This document shows positions 10,690 through 22,208 of a DNA stretch of 64,000 bases, one piece after another. Both the position numbers and the translations under genes were made by a program. Position 1 is the first letter of the stretch. Each line of letters begins with the position of its first letter. The DNA is from Centroscyllium fabricii (Eukaryota): assembly GCA_051313645.2 (NCBI GenBank), contig JBNRSN020000011.1, forward strand, positions 64,480,001 through 64,544,000, given 5' to 3'. Under the pieces are notes generated by a model. That model was given only the letters and a program-made list of their open reading frames with translations, had not been told where the DNA came from and ran no database searches.

Positions 10690-10880
10690 GTTAGTCCACA
10701 CCTGGACTACTGTGAGCAGTTCTGGCCACCACACCTTAGGAAAGATATATTGGCCTTAGAGGGAGTGCAGCATAGATTTACCAGAATGATACCCGGACTT
10801 CAAGGGTTAAGTTACGAGGAGCGATTACACAAATTGGGGTTATGTTCCCTAGAATTTAGAACGTTAAGAGGTGATTTGAA
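10690..10880 (+). mobile_element. Old CR1 ORF2 fragment
   Basis: ALEGVQHRFTRMIPGLQGLSYEERLHKLGLCSLEFRTLRGDL. Confidence 0.85.
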
Positions 10881-10955
10881 AATCAGAAATACAAATGTTG
10901 TGTACCTTAAACATATTACAAAAAACAAAGGGCTTCCCAGTGACTTAGTCCATTA

Positions 10956-11260
10956 GGGCGGCACGGTGGCATAGTGGTTAGCACTGTTGCCTTACAGCAC
11001 TCGGGGCCTGAGTTCAAATCCGGCCTCCGGTAACTGTGTGGAGTTTGCACATTCTCCCCATGTCTGCGTGGGTTTCCTCCGGGTGCTCCGGTTTCCTCCC
11101 ACAGTCCAAAGATGTGCGGGTTAGATTGATTGGCCAGGATAAATTGACCTTTAGTGTCAGGGGGATTAAATATGTGGGGGTTGCGGGGATAGAGTGGGAT
11201 ATGTGTTGGTGCAGGCTCGATGGGCCGAAATGGCCTCTATCTGCACTGTAGGGATTCTAT
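10956..11260 (+). mobile_element. HE1/V-SINE-type SINE (short-tail subfamily)
   Basis: GGGCGGCACGGTGGCATAGTGG head, V-domain, ends CTGCACTGTAGGGATTCTAT like the 40517 copy. Confidence 0.9.
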
Positions 11261-11910
11261 AATAGCATTGCCTCGTCTAGTAATGAATCATAAAGATCAG
11301 GAAAGTCCCAGATTCAATCCGTGGGCTGTACTGGGTTAGCTGGAGCAGCAGTAGTGGGGGCTACAATTGGCATCAATTGTTGGGTTAGGCTAGGGTGGGG
11401 AAAAATCCTCCAGGACTCGCACTTCTGAACAAACATGAAGAAATTGATTCTGGCACGGCAGATCTGTGTGCCAGGGAGAGTCGCTACCTTCCGGAAAGGA
11501 GGGGTAAAAATCAGAGGTAATTGGAGAAGGAAAAATTCTAATCTGACCACAGGTTTTCCCAGATGAAATCCTTTTCAGCAGTTCTGCAGACAGTCCCTCC
11601 AAGGGTTGTTATTATCCTTGTGACTGATTCAAACTATCTTACAGTCCATTTTATTCCATCATTGCTGAAGCAACCTTTCTTGTCTGAAGTCAGCAGGTAT
11701 AAACTGGAATTGCATTCTGCAAAACACACCTTCAAAAAAGATATTCATGCCAAAACATGAAAATGTGCAATTTGTAATTTGAGGCTGCTTCCTGTATCTA
11801 CTTGTTAGCCTAAATATAGTCTGTCATTATAAGATTTACTTTCAGAACAATCAGATTGTTTTGTCTGTGTCTAAAAAAATTAAAGCACTGTTGGAAGCAG
11901 ATTGTGCCTA

Positions 11911-12310
11911 CAGCAATGACTGCAGATTTCCTGTAGCAATACTGGTGATTATTCCTATAGTTTAACTGTACTGTACCTAAAACAATGACTGTAGATTTTT
12001 TTTACAGCATTGCACCATTAATTATTCCTATAGTATTAACTGCAGGTTTCCTAAACCATTACCTGCGATCATTTCTATAGCATAACTGTAGATTACGCGT
12101 GTAGCATGAACACTGTTTACACTTATTTGACTACAAATTGTTCCCATCTGTAACGTGAACAGCGGATTGTTGTTAGATGGTCCGAATCCGTAGCATTAAC
12201 TGCGTTTCCCCCCCTAGAACATCGACGACAAAATATTCTTATAGCAATAAATTGATTGCACCCATAGCATTAACTGCAGATTTTATCTGCAGCATTAATT
12301 GCAGATTAAG
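11911..12310. repeat. Degenerate ~23-bp tandem repeat
   Basis: Recurring TAGCATTAACTGCAGATTT-like units. Confidence 0.6.
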
Positions 12311-12340
12311 TGGTGTCCTTCCCGGACGTGTGGTTTACAG

Positions 12341-12359
12341 CTGCCACCAGATGGCACGT
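12341..12359 (+). promoter_or_regulatory. Candidate CTCF site
   Basis: TGCCACCAGATGGCAC closely matches the CTCF core CCASYAGRKGGCRS. Confidence 0.6.
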
Positions 12360-13271
12360 CGCTCACACTTTAAATGTGTCTCTTGGGCTCGGAGGCAGCG
12401 GGTCCCGGTCAAACATCAGCGTCTCCATCGCAATGTGCAATTTACACAATGTATGGAGCGCTTTATTGTTCCACCGCCCTCACTCTTACGTTAGAGGGCT
12501 TTAAGCTCGATTTTTAAACTTGAATTCTTTTACACTGGGAGCTATTCAAAAAATCTTTTGTTTGTTGACTAGAAATAAATCTGGTGTAAAATAATGGAGA
12601 TTCAAATATTTCGGATATAGCAGATTGCAAGCAGGCTGAAGAGAAAGGAAAGATGGAACACAAACTTTCCCCGGTCACGACTCTCCACGCCGAAACACTG
12701 AGGAAAAAACAAAAGAGAAATAAAGGGGCTGATCAAAAACAAGCGAGAGGGAATTGGGTGGATGGGATCGAGAAATAGAGGGAAAGAGAGGGAGTGCATG
12801 AGTGAAAGAGGAACAGAGAAATAGGGAGAAAAAAGATGAGAATAAGATCGAGCGAAACGACAGGGAGAGGGGCAGAAAAAAATCAAAAAGACAGTCAGAG
12901 AAACTTGGTAGAATCAGAGGGAAGGGCGGAGAGTAGGGGGCGAGAGGGAGAAAGTTGTCTGCCTGGCAGGAGCGCTCTGAACTCGGTCCACCGAGCGGCT
13001 CCCACACACTGGGCCGACTGGGGAGGGTCAGGCCGGCTGGGGAGGGGCTGGGAGGATCAGGCCGGCTGGGGAGGGGCCCACCGCCCACACACACACACGG
13101 AGCGGCCGGGACTCGGCTGGATGGGAGGGTGGAGGGGTGTCCACACCGGTCCGACCGCCTGCCTCTGCTCGGAAACCACCCCCGGGTTATTCCTGGGGCC
13201 GATCTGGGCTCAGGGATGTGTTGCTGGGATCGGTGCCGTCTCTCCCGGGGTGAAGAAGGTGGTGGGAGTTA

Positions 13272-14625
13272 GTATACCGGGGCCAGAGGGTCTATACCGG
13301 GACCCCCAGGACTGGAGTTATTATACCGAGACCCCCGGGGATGGAGGGTCTATACCGGGACCCCCGGGGCTGGAGGGTCTATAGCGGGACCCCCGGGTCG
13401 AAAATGGGACTGGAGGGTCTATACCAGGACTGGAGCATCCATACCAGGACCCCCGGGCTGGAGGGTCTATACCGGGACCCCCTGGGCCAGAGGGTCTATA
13501 CCGGGACCCCCGGGTGTATACCGGGACCTCCGGGGCTGGAGGGTCTATAACGGGACCGGATGTTGAAAATGGGACTGGAGGGTCTATACCGGGCCTGGAG
13601 GATCTATACCAGGACCCCCGGGCCGGAGGGTCTATACCGGGACCCCCAGGGCCGTAGGGTCTATACCGGGACCCCCGGGGCTGGAGGGTCTATACCGGGA
13701 CTGGGGGTCTATACCGGGACCCCTGGGGCTTGAGGGTCTATAGCAGGACTGGAGGTTCTATACCGGGACCCCCGGGGCTGGTGGGTCAATACCGGGACCC
13801 CCAGGGCTGGAGGATCTATACCGGGACCCCCAGGGCTAGTGGGTCTATACCGGGACCCCTGGGGCTGGATGGTCTATACCGGGACCCCTGGGGCTGGATG
13901 GTCTATACTGGCGACCTCTGCGGCTGGTGGGTCTATACCGGGACCCCCGGGGCTAGAGGGTCTATACCGGGGCTGTAGGGTCTATACCGGGACTGGGGGG
14001 TCTATACCGGGACCCCTGGGGCTTGAGGGTCTATACCGGAACCCCCGGGCCGGAGTGTCTATACCGGGACCCCCGGGGCTGTAGTGTCTATACCGGGACT
14101 GGGGGGTCTATACTGGGACTGGGGGGTCTATACCGGGACCCCTGGGGCTTGAGGGTCTATAGCGGGACTGGAGGTTCTATACCGGGACCCCCGGGGCTGG
14201 TGGGTCTATACCGGGACCCCCAGGGCTGGAGGATCTATACCGGGACTGGGGGGTCTATACTGGGACTGGGGAGTCTATACCGGGACCCCTGGGGCTTGAG
14301 GGTCTATAGCGGGACTGGAGGTTCTATACCGGGACCCCCGGGGCTGGTGGGTCTATACCGGGACTCCCAGGGCTGGAGGATCTATACCGGGACCCCCGGG
14401 GCTAGTGGGTCTCTACCGGGACCCCTGGGGCTGGATGGTCTATACCGGGACCCCTGGGGCTGGATGGTCTATACTGGGACCCCTGCGGCTGGTGGGTCTA
14501 TACTGGGACCCCTGCGGCTGATGGGTCTATACCGGGACCCCTGGGGCTAGAGGGTCTATACCGTGGCTGGAGTGTCTATACCGGGGCTGGAGGGTCTATA
14601 CCAGGACCCCTGGGGCTGGAGGGTT
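13272..14625. repeat. GC-rich minisatellite (~29-30 bp unit with ~20 bp variants)
   Basis: Dozens of copies of GGGTCTATACCGGGACCCCCGGGGCTGGA; the ORFs here are repeat artefacts. Confidence 0.95.
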
Positions 14626-14754
14626 ACGGACTGACTATGCAACCAGTGCTTTGCAAACTCTGGAGGAGCAGTAAATCTTCCCCTCTCACTCGGACCCAAT
14701 CTCAACATGATGGGCTCCAATGTTTTCAAAACATTTAGTTCCACAATCAACCTT

Positions 14755-14968
14755 TGATGCGCTATCAATAACTCCAAAAGACTAGAAGTTATACGAGTAA
14801 CAAATAGGCTTTTATTGACTAAAGAAGACGAGCATGTCTCTAGCTGTAGACCGATCCTGAAAGCCTGGGGGATTGGAGCTCAGTCACCTTTATACCTGGG
14901 CTTAGGGGTGGAACCAGCAGAGAAATGTCCAGACAAGTTATGTACAAACAGAACAGTGGTTTACCATA
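14755..14968 (-). repeat. 3' LTR of Gypsy family B
   Basis: Direct repeat of 19084-19309 with about 9 substitutions and one 12-bp indel by manual alignment. Confidence 0.95.
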
Positions 14969-16972
14969 TTCATCCCTTACTTAAAATGAGTCCGGCGGGG
15001 TGAAGTGTCTCAGAAGTTCGTGTAATTAAGTCACTCCGGGGGTCTTGTCTGCCGTAGTGACCGTCAAGGTGTCGGCTGCGGTGGTTCATCTCTCGCGGCC
15101 GTTTCCCATGTGGGCTGGAGCACCGGCGTGTCGTCCTCGTGGATGCTGAGTCGGTGGGCGTATGAGGGTGGGTCATGGGGCCCCGGCGTGCCGTCAACTG
15201 GGGTCAGGTATGGATTCCCTGCTACAGGTGTGTCTTGGGTAACGGTAGAGGGCAATGGTGGTGGGTTGTGGGCTATGGTGGTTTCAGCGGCCCCCGAGGG
15301 TGCGAGGTCTCGTATGGAGACCATGTCCTCCCACCCGTCGGGATATGCCACGTATGCATATTGTGGGTTGGTGTGGAGGAGGTGGACTCTTTCGACCAGG
15401 GGGTCTGTTTTATGGCTCCTCACGTGCTTCCGGAGTAGGACGGGCCCTGGAGACCTCAGCCATGGCGGTAGCGATGTCCCCGAGGTGGACCTGCTAGGGA
15501 AGATGAACATTTTCTCGTGAGGGGTGGCATTCATGGCAGTACAGAGCAGTGACTGTATGGAGTGGAACGCGTCAGGGAGGACTTCCTGCCAGCGGGAGGT
15601 TGGAAGGCATCTAGATTTTAAGGCTAGCAGGGCGGCCTTCCACACTGTCGTGTTATCCCTCTCTACCAGTCCGTTACCCCGGGGGTTGTAGCTGGTGGTC
15701 CTGCTCGTGGCTACCCCTCTTTTGAGCAAGGGGAACCGAATATGGCGAAGAGGTCATTTAGACATTTGATGACCATGGTGCTGGTCATGTCCGGGCAGGG
15801 GATGGCGAACGGGAAACAGGAGTACTCATCAATGATGTTGAGGAAGTACGTGTTGCGGTCAGAGGAGGGGAGGGGCCCTTTAAAATCAACGTTCAGGCGC
15901 TCAAAAGAGCGAGTGGCTTTTTATCAGGTGCGCCCTGTCTGGCCTATAAAAATGCGGTTTGCACTCGGCACAGACTTGGCAGTTCCTGGTCATGGTCCTG
16001 ACCTCCTCGATGGAGCAAGGCAGGTTGCGAGCCTTAATGAAGTGGAAAAACCTGGTGACCCCCGGGTGGCAAAGGTCATTGTGGAGGGCCCGCAGCCTAT
16101 CGACCTGTGCGTTTGCACGCGTTCCACGGGATAGGGCGTCCGGGGGCTCATTAAGTTTCCCGGGCCGGTATAAGATATTGTAATTGCAGGTGGATAATTC
16201 AATTCTCCACCTCAATATCTTATCGTTTTTGATTTTGCCCCGCTGCTTGTTGTTGAACATAAATGCTACTGATCGTTGGTCAGTGAGCAGGGTGAATCGT
16301 TTACCGTACAGGTAATGCCTCCAATGCTGCACAGCCTATGCCTCCAATGCCGCACAGCCTCCACTGTAGCCTGGGCCTCCTTTTCTACTGAGGAGTGTCT
16401 AATTTCGGGGCCCTGGAGGGTTCGTGAAAAGGCCACGTGTCTCCCCGCCTGATTAAGGGTTGCGGCCAGGGCAAAGTTGGACGCATCGCTCTCCACCTGG
16501 AAAGGGATGAACTTGTCCACGGCATGCATTGTGGCCTTCGCAATGTCCTCTTTAATATGGCTGAAGGATAAGCAGGCCTCTGCCGCCAGGGGGGAAGGAG
16601 GGCGACTTGATAAGGGGCCGGGCCTTGTCCGTGTAATTGGGCACCTACTGGGCGTAGTAAGAGAAGAACCCCAGACATCTCTTCAGGGCCTTGAGGCAGT
16701 GAGGCAGTGGTAGTTCCAGGAGGGGGCGCATCTGGTCAGGGTCGGGGCCGATGACTCCGTTTTCCACAACACAGCCAAGGATAGTGAGGCGGGTGGTGCA
16801 AAACATGCATTTTTCCTTGTTACAGGTCAAATTTAAGCAGTGGGCTGTGCGGAGGAAGTTTGCGAGGTTGGCGTCATGGTCCTGCAGGTCATGGCCGCAG
16901 ATGGCAACGTTGTCCAGGTAGGGAAAAGTGGCCTACAGCGCATTCTGGTCGACCATCCGGTCCATCTCCCTT

Positions 16973-17385
16973 TGTCGAAATGACCTCTTCGCCATATTCT
17001 GTTTCCCCAGCTACATCCATAGCGACTGAGGCTCATCGTTTATGAGCGACGAGCTGCGCCAGTACCTGCTCGAAAGAGGGGTAGCCACGAGCAGGACCAC
17101 CAGCTACAACCCCCGGGGTAACGGACAGGTAGAGAGGGATAACGCGACAGTGTGGAAGGCCGCTCTGCTAGCCTTAAAATCTAGAGGCCTTCCAACCTCC
17201 CGCTGGCAGGAAGTCCTCCCTGACGCACTCCACTCCATACGGTCACTGCTCTGTACTGCCATGAATGCCCCCCCTCACGAGAAAATGTTCATCTTCCATA
17301 GCAGGTCCACCTCGGGGACATCGCTACAGCCATGGCTGAGGTCTCCAGGGCCCGTCCTACTCCGGAAGCACGTGAGGAGCCGTAA
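16973..17385 (+). pseudogene. Inverted duplicate of the integrase core replacing part of RT
   Basis: ORF 17042-17464 matches the minus-strand integrase at 15410-15764; the RT segment between STIDL and QREMD is missing at this position. Confidence 0.9.
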
Positions 17386-19083
17386 GGTCAATGGTAGAGA
17401 ATACCCGGTACTGCGCAATCTGGTTGACCATATCAGATATGCGGGGATGGGGGTATGCGCCTAACTGGGTATATCTATTGATCGTTTGACTATAGTCAAT
17501 GACCAGGCGCTGTTTCTCGCTGGTCTTCACGACCACTACTTGGGCTCGCCATGGGCTGGTGCTACCCTCGATGTTCCCTTCCCGCAGGAGCCGCTCTACT
17601 TCTGATTTTATAAAGACTGTACCGCCTGCTTTTGGTGGCGATAGGTTTGCAGTTGTGGGCGAGGTTAGCGAACAACAAGGAGGGGGGGCTGACTTTCAGT
17701 GTGGAGAGGCTGCATATTGTGCACGGCGGGTGTTTTAAATTTTTCCGGCTGCAGACTGGAAGTGGGGGCAGAGGCCCACCGTACGCCATCGTGACACTCT
17801 TAAGGTGGCATTGGAAATCTAACCCCAGTAGCACGGCAGCGCAGAGCTGTGGTAGAACAGGGAGCTTGAAACCTTTGTGCTCCGTGCCCATCACAGTCAG
17901 GGCCACGACGCAGTACCCGCCAACGTCCACTGTATGGGACCTGGAGGCCATAGAGATCCGGTGGCGTGCTGGCAGGACTGAAAGGGAGCAGCGCCGCACC
18001 GTGTCAGGGTGGATAAAGCTCTCCGTGTTCCCACAGTCAAACAGACAGTTTGTAGCGCAGCTGTTTACCTTGATGTCCATCATGGACCTGGCAAGTTGGT
18101 GAGGCCTGGATTGGTCCAGGGTGATGGAGGCCAGCGTTGGGTTCAGTGGGTCGCTGTTGTACTTAGTTGAGGCGGTGGGGGAGTTGGGGGCCTGATCCCA
18201 AAATGGCGGCCTGCACGGCTCTCACGCGGCTGGTGGCACCCAAGATGGCGGCGCCCACGCGTCGCTGCTGGAGTTGGAGGTCGGTTTGGCCTTGCACACC
18301 TTAGCGTAGTGCCCCTTCTTACCGCAACTGGAGCAGATCGCATCCTTTGCTGGGGAGCGTTGTCTGGGGTGCTTGGCCTGGCCGCAGAAGTAGCACTTCA
18401 GGCCTCGGGACATCGCGGCTGTAGTCGGGCTGCTGGTGGATCGTGGCGGCGGCGGCGTGGCGCAGGCTTGTGGCCCTACCGAGTTCCAAGATGGCGGCAC
18501 CCGCGACATCCACGATGTGGCCGCGTGGTCAGGGGAGTAGGTGTCCATGTTTCGGTGAGCCACGTCCAGCGAGGGTCACAGCCTTCTGCAGGTCGAGCCC
18601 ACCCTGTTCTAACAGTCTCTGCCGGGCGTAGCTGGACCTGATGCCAGCGACATAGGCGTCCCGGATTAAGTCCTCCGTATATTCTGTGGCCATCACGAAT
18701 TTGCACTTGCAGGCCCGGCCGAGGACTCTCAGTGCCCGTAGGTATTCGTCACCTGATTCCCCGGGTCGCTGTTTGCGGGTAGCCAGGCGATATCTGGCAT
18801 AGACCACGTTGACCGGTTTAGTATATTGATCTTTAAGGAGATTGATAGCGTCCGTATAGGATGTCGCGTCTTGGATCATCGAATATACTTGGTGGCTCAC
18901 CCGGGAGTTCAGTATTAGCAGCTTGTCGGCGTCGGACCTGACGATAGCGCTGGAGGCCTACAGGAATGCTTCGAAGCAGCTCAGCCAGTGCTCGAAGTTG
19001 TTGGATGCATCCGCTGTTTGAGGATCCAGTTCCAGGCGTTCTGGTTTCAGGATTTGCTCCATCATAAAATTTTGTCAATAAAT

Positions 19084-19309
19084 TGATGCGCTATCAATAA
19101 CTCCAAAAGACGAGAAGTTATACGAGTAACAAATAGGCTTTTATTGACTAAAGAAGACGAGCATGTCTCTAGCTGTAGACCGATCCTGAAAGCCCAGGGG
19201 ACTGGAGCTCAGTCACCTTTATACCTGGGCTTAGGGGTGGAGCCAGGGGCAGAACCAGCAGAGACCTGCTCAGACAAGTTATGTACAAACAGAACAGTGG
19301 TTTACCACA
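19084..19309 (-). repeat. 5' LTR of Gypsy family B
   Basis: TG...CA ends on the minus strand; TATAAA at 19218-19223 and AATAAA at 19140-19145. Confidence 0.95.
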
Positions 19310-19729
19310 ACTTTCATGGTAAAGCTGTTTGGGGAGAAAAATGTTTATTGCAAATAGGTCTCTGCTCCTGTGGTGCTGAGCTTATTTCTAACTAATTCAA
19401 ATGCACGTTATTTTTAGTAGCTTTCTTGGGGCTAATTTTCTCCGCACCTGTTTGTTGGTGCGTGGTTCCACAGCCTCTCATCAGCCCTCAGTACCTGCTT
19501 CAAGTGGGTGTTATTTTTAATGTGTAAGCTTCTCTACTGAGGCTACTCAACAAGAACTACCATTTATAAATATAGTGAGACTTCGCAAGACGGGATTTTT
19601 CAAGGTGTTGGAGGTTTTAAAGGTGGAGGAAAGAAAGACCTGCATTTATATAGTGCCTTTCACAACCACCGGATGTATCAAAGTACTTTACAGCCAATGA
19701 AGTACTTTTGAAATGGAGTCACTGTTGTA

Positions 19730-20270
19730 AGGAGGAGAGGTTTCGGTAGAGAATTCCAGAGCAGTGATGCTGTTGTCAAGGCTCCACCCTTGATGGTGGA
19801 GGGGTGTGGTGGTGGTGGTGTGAGGGATCACAATATTCCAGACCCAGAAGAGTAGAAGGTATCTGCTGGGGTGTTGGGTCGAAGGAGAGGATGAAAATAT
19901 TTCTAAACAATGACAATGATTGTAAAACCAATGCATTGGGGAGGGGTGCCAGTGAGGGTCTGCAAAGACCAAGGCGATAAATGAGCAGGACTAAGTCTGA
20001 ATGGATTGGTGTTTATGTAGGATGGAGTTGGCAAGACCAGTGAGAAGAACACTGGAGACGCTGAGCCTACAGATGATGAAGACACAGCTGAGAGAGTCAG
20101 CCGAGATGGAAGTAGGGGAAGGACAGAGGTCAGTGATATGGAGGTAAAAAAAAGCTGGTCTTGGTGATGGACTGGATGTGGGTTTGAAGTTATACTCATT
20201 ATCATATGACAGGTTGTACATAGCTGGGTTTAGCCTAAGCAAGTAGTCAGAGGTGGTTAGAATCACCTGT
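19730..20270 (-). mobile_element. Old L2-like LINE fragment
   Basis: Degenerate minus-strand translation VLPTPSYINTNPFRL...LQTLTG resembles the L2 ORF2 C-terminus. Confidence 0.6.
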
Positions 20271-20272
20271 AA

Positions 20273-22208
20273 CATAGAAATGTAGAGGATAAGAGTAGGA
20301 GTAGGCCATTCGGCCCCTTGAGCCTGTTCCGCCATTCAATGAGATCATGGTTGATCATCCATATTCAGTACCCAGTCCCTGCCTTCTCACCATATCGCTT
20401 GATCCCTTTAGCCTTAAGAAATATATCTAACTCCTTCTTGAATATATTTAATGAATCAGCCTCAACTACCTTCTGTGGTAGAGAATGCCACAGGTTCACC
20501 ACTCTCTGGGTGAAGAAATTCCTCCTCATCTCTGTGCTAAATGGCTTACCCCTTATCCTTAGACTGTGACCGCTGGTTCTGGACTCCCCCGCCATTGGGT
20601 ACATCCTTCCTGCATCTAGTCCTGTTAGAATTTTATAAGTTTCAATGAGATCCCCTCTCATTCTTCTAAACTCCAGCGAGTATAAGCCCAATCGACCCAA
20701 TCTCTCCTAGTCCTCATACGTCATTCCTGCCATCCCTGGTATCAGTCTGGTGAAACTTCATTGCACTCCCTCCATGGCAAGAACATCCTTCCTAAGATAA
20801 GGCGACCAAAGCTGCACAAATACTCAAGGTATGGTCTCACCAAGGCACTGTACAACTGCAGCAAGACATCCTTGTTCTTGTACTCGAACCCTCTCGCTAC
20901 AAAGGCCAATATACCATTTGCCTTCTTAACTGCCTGCTGCACCTGCATGCTTACCTTCAGCGACTAATGCACAAGGACACCCGGGTCTTGTTGCACTTCC
21001 ACTTCTCCCAATCTATTGCCATTCAGATAATAATCTGCCTTCCTGTTTTTGCCACCAAAGTTGATAACCTCGCATTTATCCACATTATACTGCATCTGCC
21101 CAACCTGTCCAAATCATACTGGAGTTTCTCGGCATCCTCCTCACAGCACATACGTCCACCCAGCTTTGTGTCATCTGCAAACTTGGAGATATTACATCTA
21201 GTTCCCTTGTCTAGATCATTAATATATATTGTGAATAGCTGGGGTCCTAGGACCGATCCCTGCCCTACCCCACTAGTCATTGCCTGCCACTCGGAAAAAG
21301 ACCCGTTTATTCCAACTTTTTGCTTCTTGTCTGCCAACCAGTTCTCTATCCAAGTCAGTACTTTACCCCCAATCCCAGGTGCCTTAACTTTACACGCTAA
21401 TCTCTTATGCGGGACCTTATCGAAAGCCTTCTGAAAGTCCAAATACACCACATCCACCGGTTCTCCCTTATCTATTCTACCAGTTAGTTACATCCTCAAA
21501 AAATTCCAGTAGATTAATCCAGCATGATTTACCCTTTGTAAATCTATGTTGACTTTGTCCGATCTTGTCACTGTTTTCCAAGTGTTCTGCTATTACATCT
21601 TTTATAATGGACTCTAGCATTTTCCCCACTACCGATGTCAGGCTTACCGGTCAATAATTCTCTGTTTTCTCTCTACCACCTTTTTTGAATAGTGGGATAA
21701 CATTAGCTACCCTCCAATCCATGGGAACTGTTCCAGAGTCTATAGAATTTTGGAAGATGACCAGCAATGCATCTGCTATCTCCAGGGCCACTTCCTTAAA
21801 TACCCTAGGATGTAGATTATCAGGCCCATGGGATTTATCGGCCTTCAATCCCATCAATTTCCCTAATACCATTTCCCTACAAATATTGATTTAATTCAGT
21901 TCCTCCCTCTCATTAGACCCTATGTTCCCGACATCTCTGGGAGGTTATTTGTGTCCTCCTTTGTGAAGACAGAACCAAAGTATGTATTTAATTGGTCACC
22001 CATTTCTTTGTTCCCCATTATAAATTCCCCTGATTCTGACTGCAAGGGACCTATGCTTGACTTCACCAATCTTTTTCTCTTCACATATCTATAGAAGCTT
22101 TTGCAGTCAGTTTTTATGTTCCCTGCAAGCTTACTCTCATACTCTATTTTCCCCCTCTTAATTAATCCCTTTGTCCTCCTTTGCTGAATCCTAAACCGCT
22201 CCCAATCC
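20273..22208 (-). mobile_element. CR1-clade LINE, 5'-truncated, with degenerate RT
   Basis: LDFQKAFDKVPH, GVGQGSVLGP, SKFADDTKL, RRMRGDLIETYKI over several frameshifted ORFs; CR1 tail at 20273. Confidence 0.95.

Larger units (their letters stand above)
14755..19309 (-). mobile_element. Ty3/Gypsy LTR retrotransposon, family B; two LTRs, defective and internally rearranged
   Basis: LTRs 14755-14968 and 19084-19309; gag from ATG at 19065/19062 (MEQILKPERLELDP) with stops and frameshifts; protease CLFDCG, partial RT, RNase H, integrase; purine tract AAGTAAGGGATGAA before the 3' LTR; imperfect 5-bp TSD ACCTT/ACTTT. Confidence 0.95.

Noticed and set aside
13341-14550. ORFs with G-S-I-P-G-P-P-G repeats resembling collagen
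   Set aside because: Translations of the minisatellite; no Gly-X-Y periodicity or splice structure.
13272-14625. CRISPR-like repeat array
   Set aside because: Contiguous tandem units without unique spacers, no cas genes, vertebrate context.
16315-16360. 23-bp tandem duplication in Gypsy B RNase H
   Set aside because: Ordinary post-insertion slippage mutation causing a frameshift.
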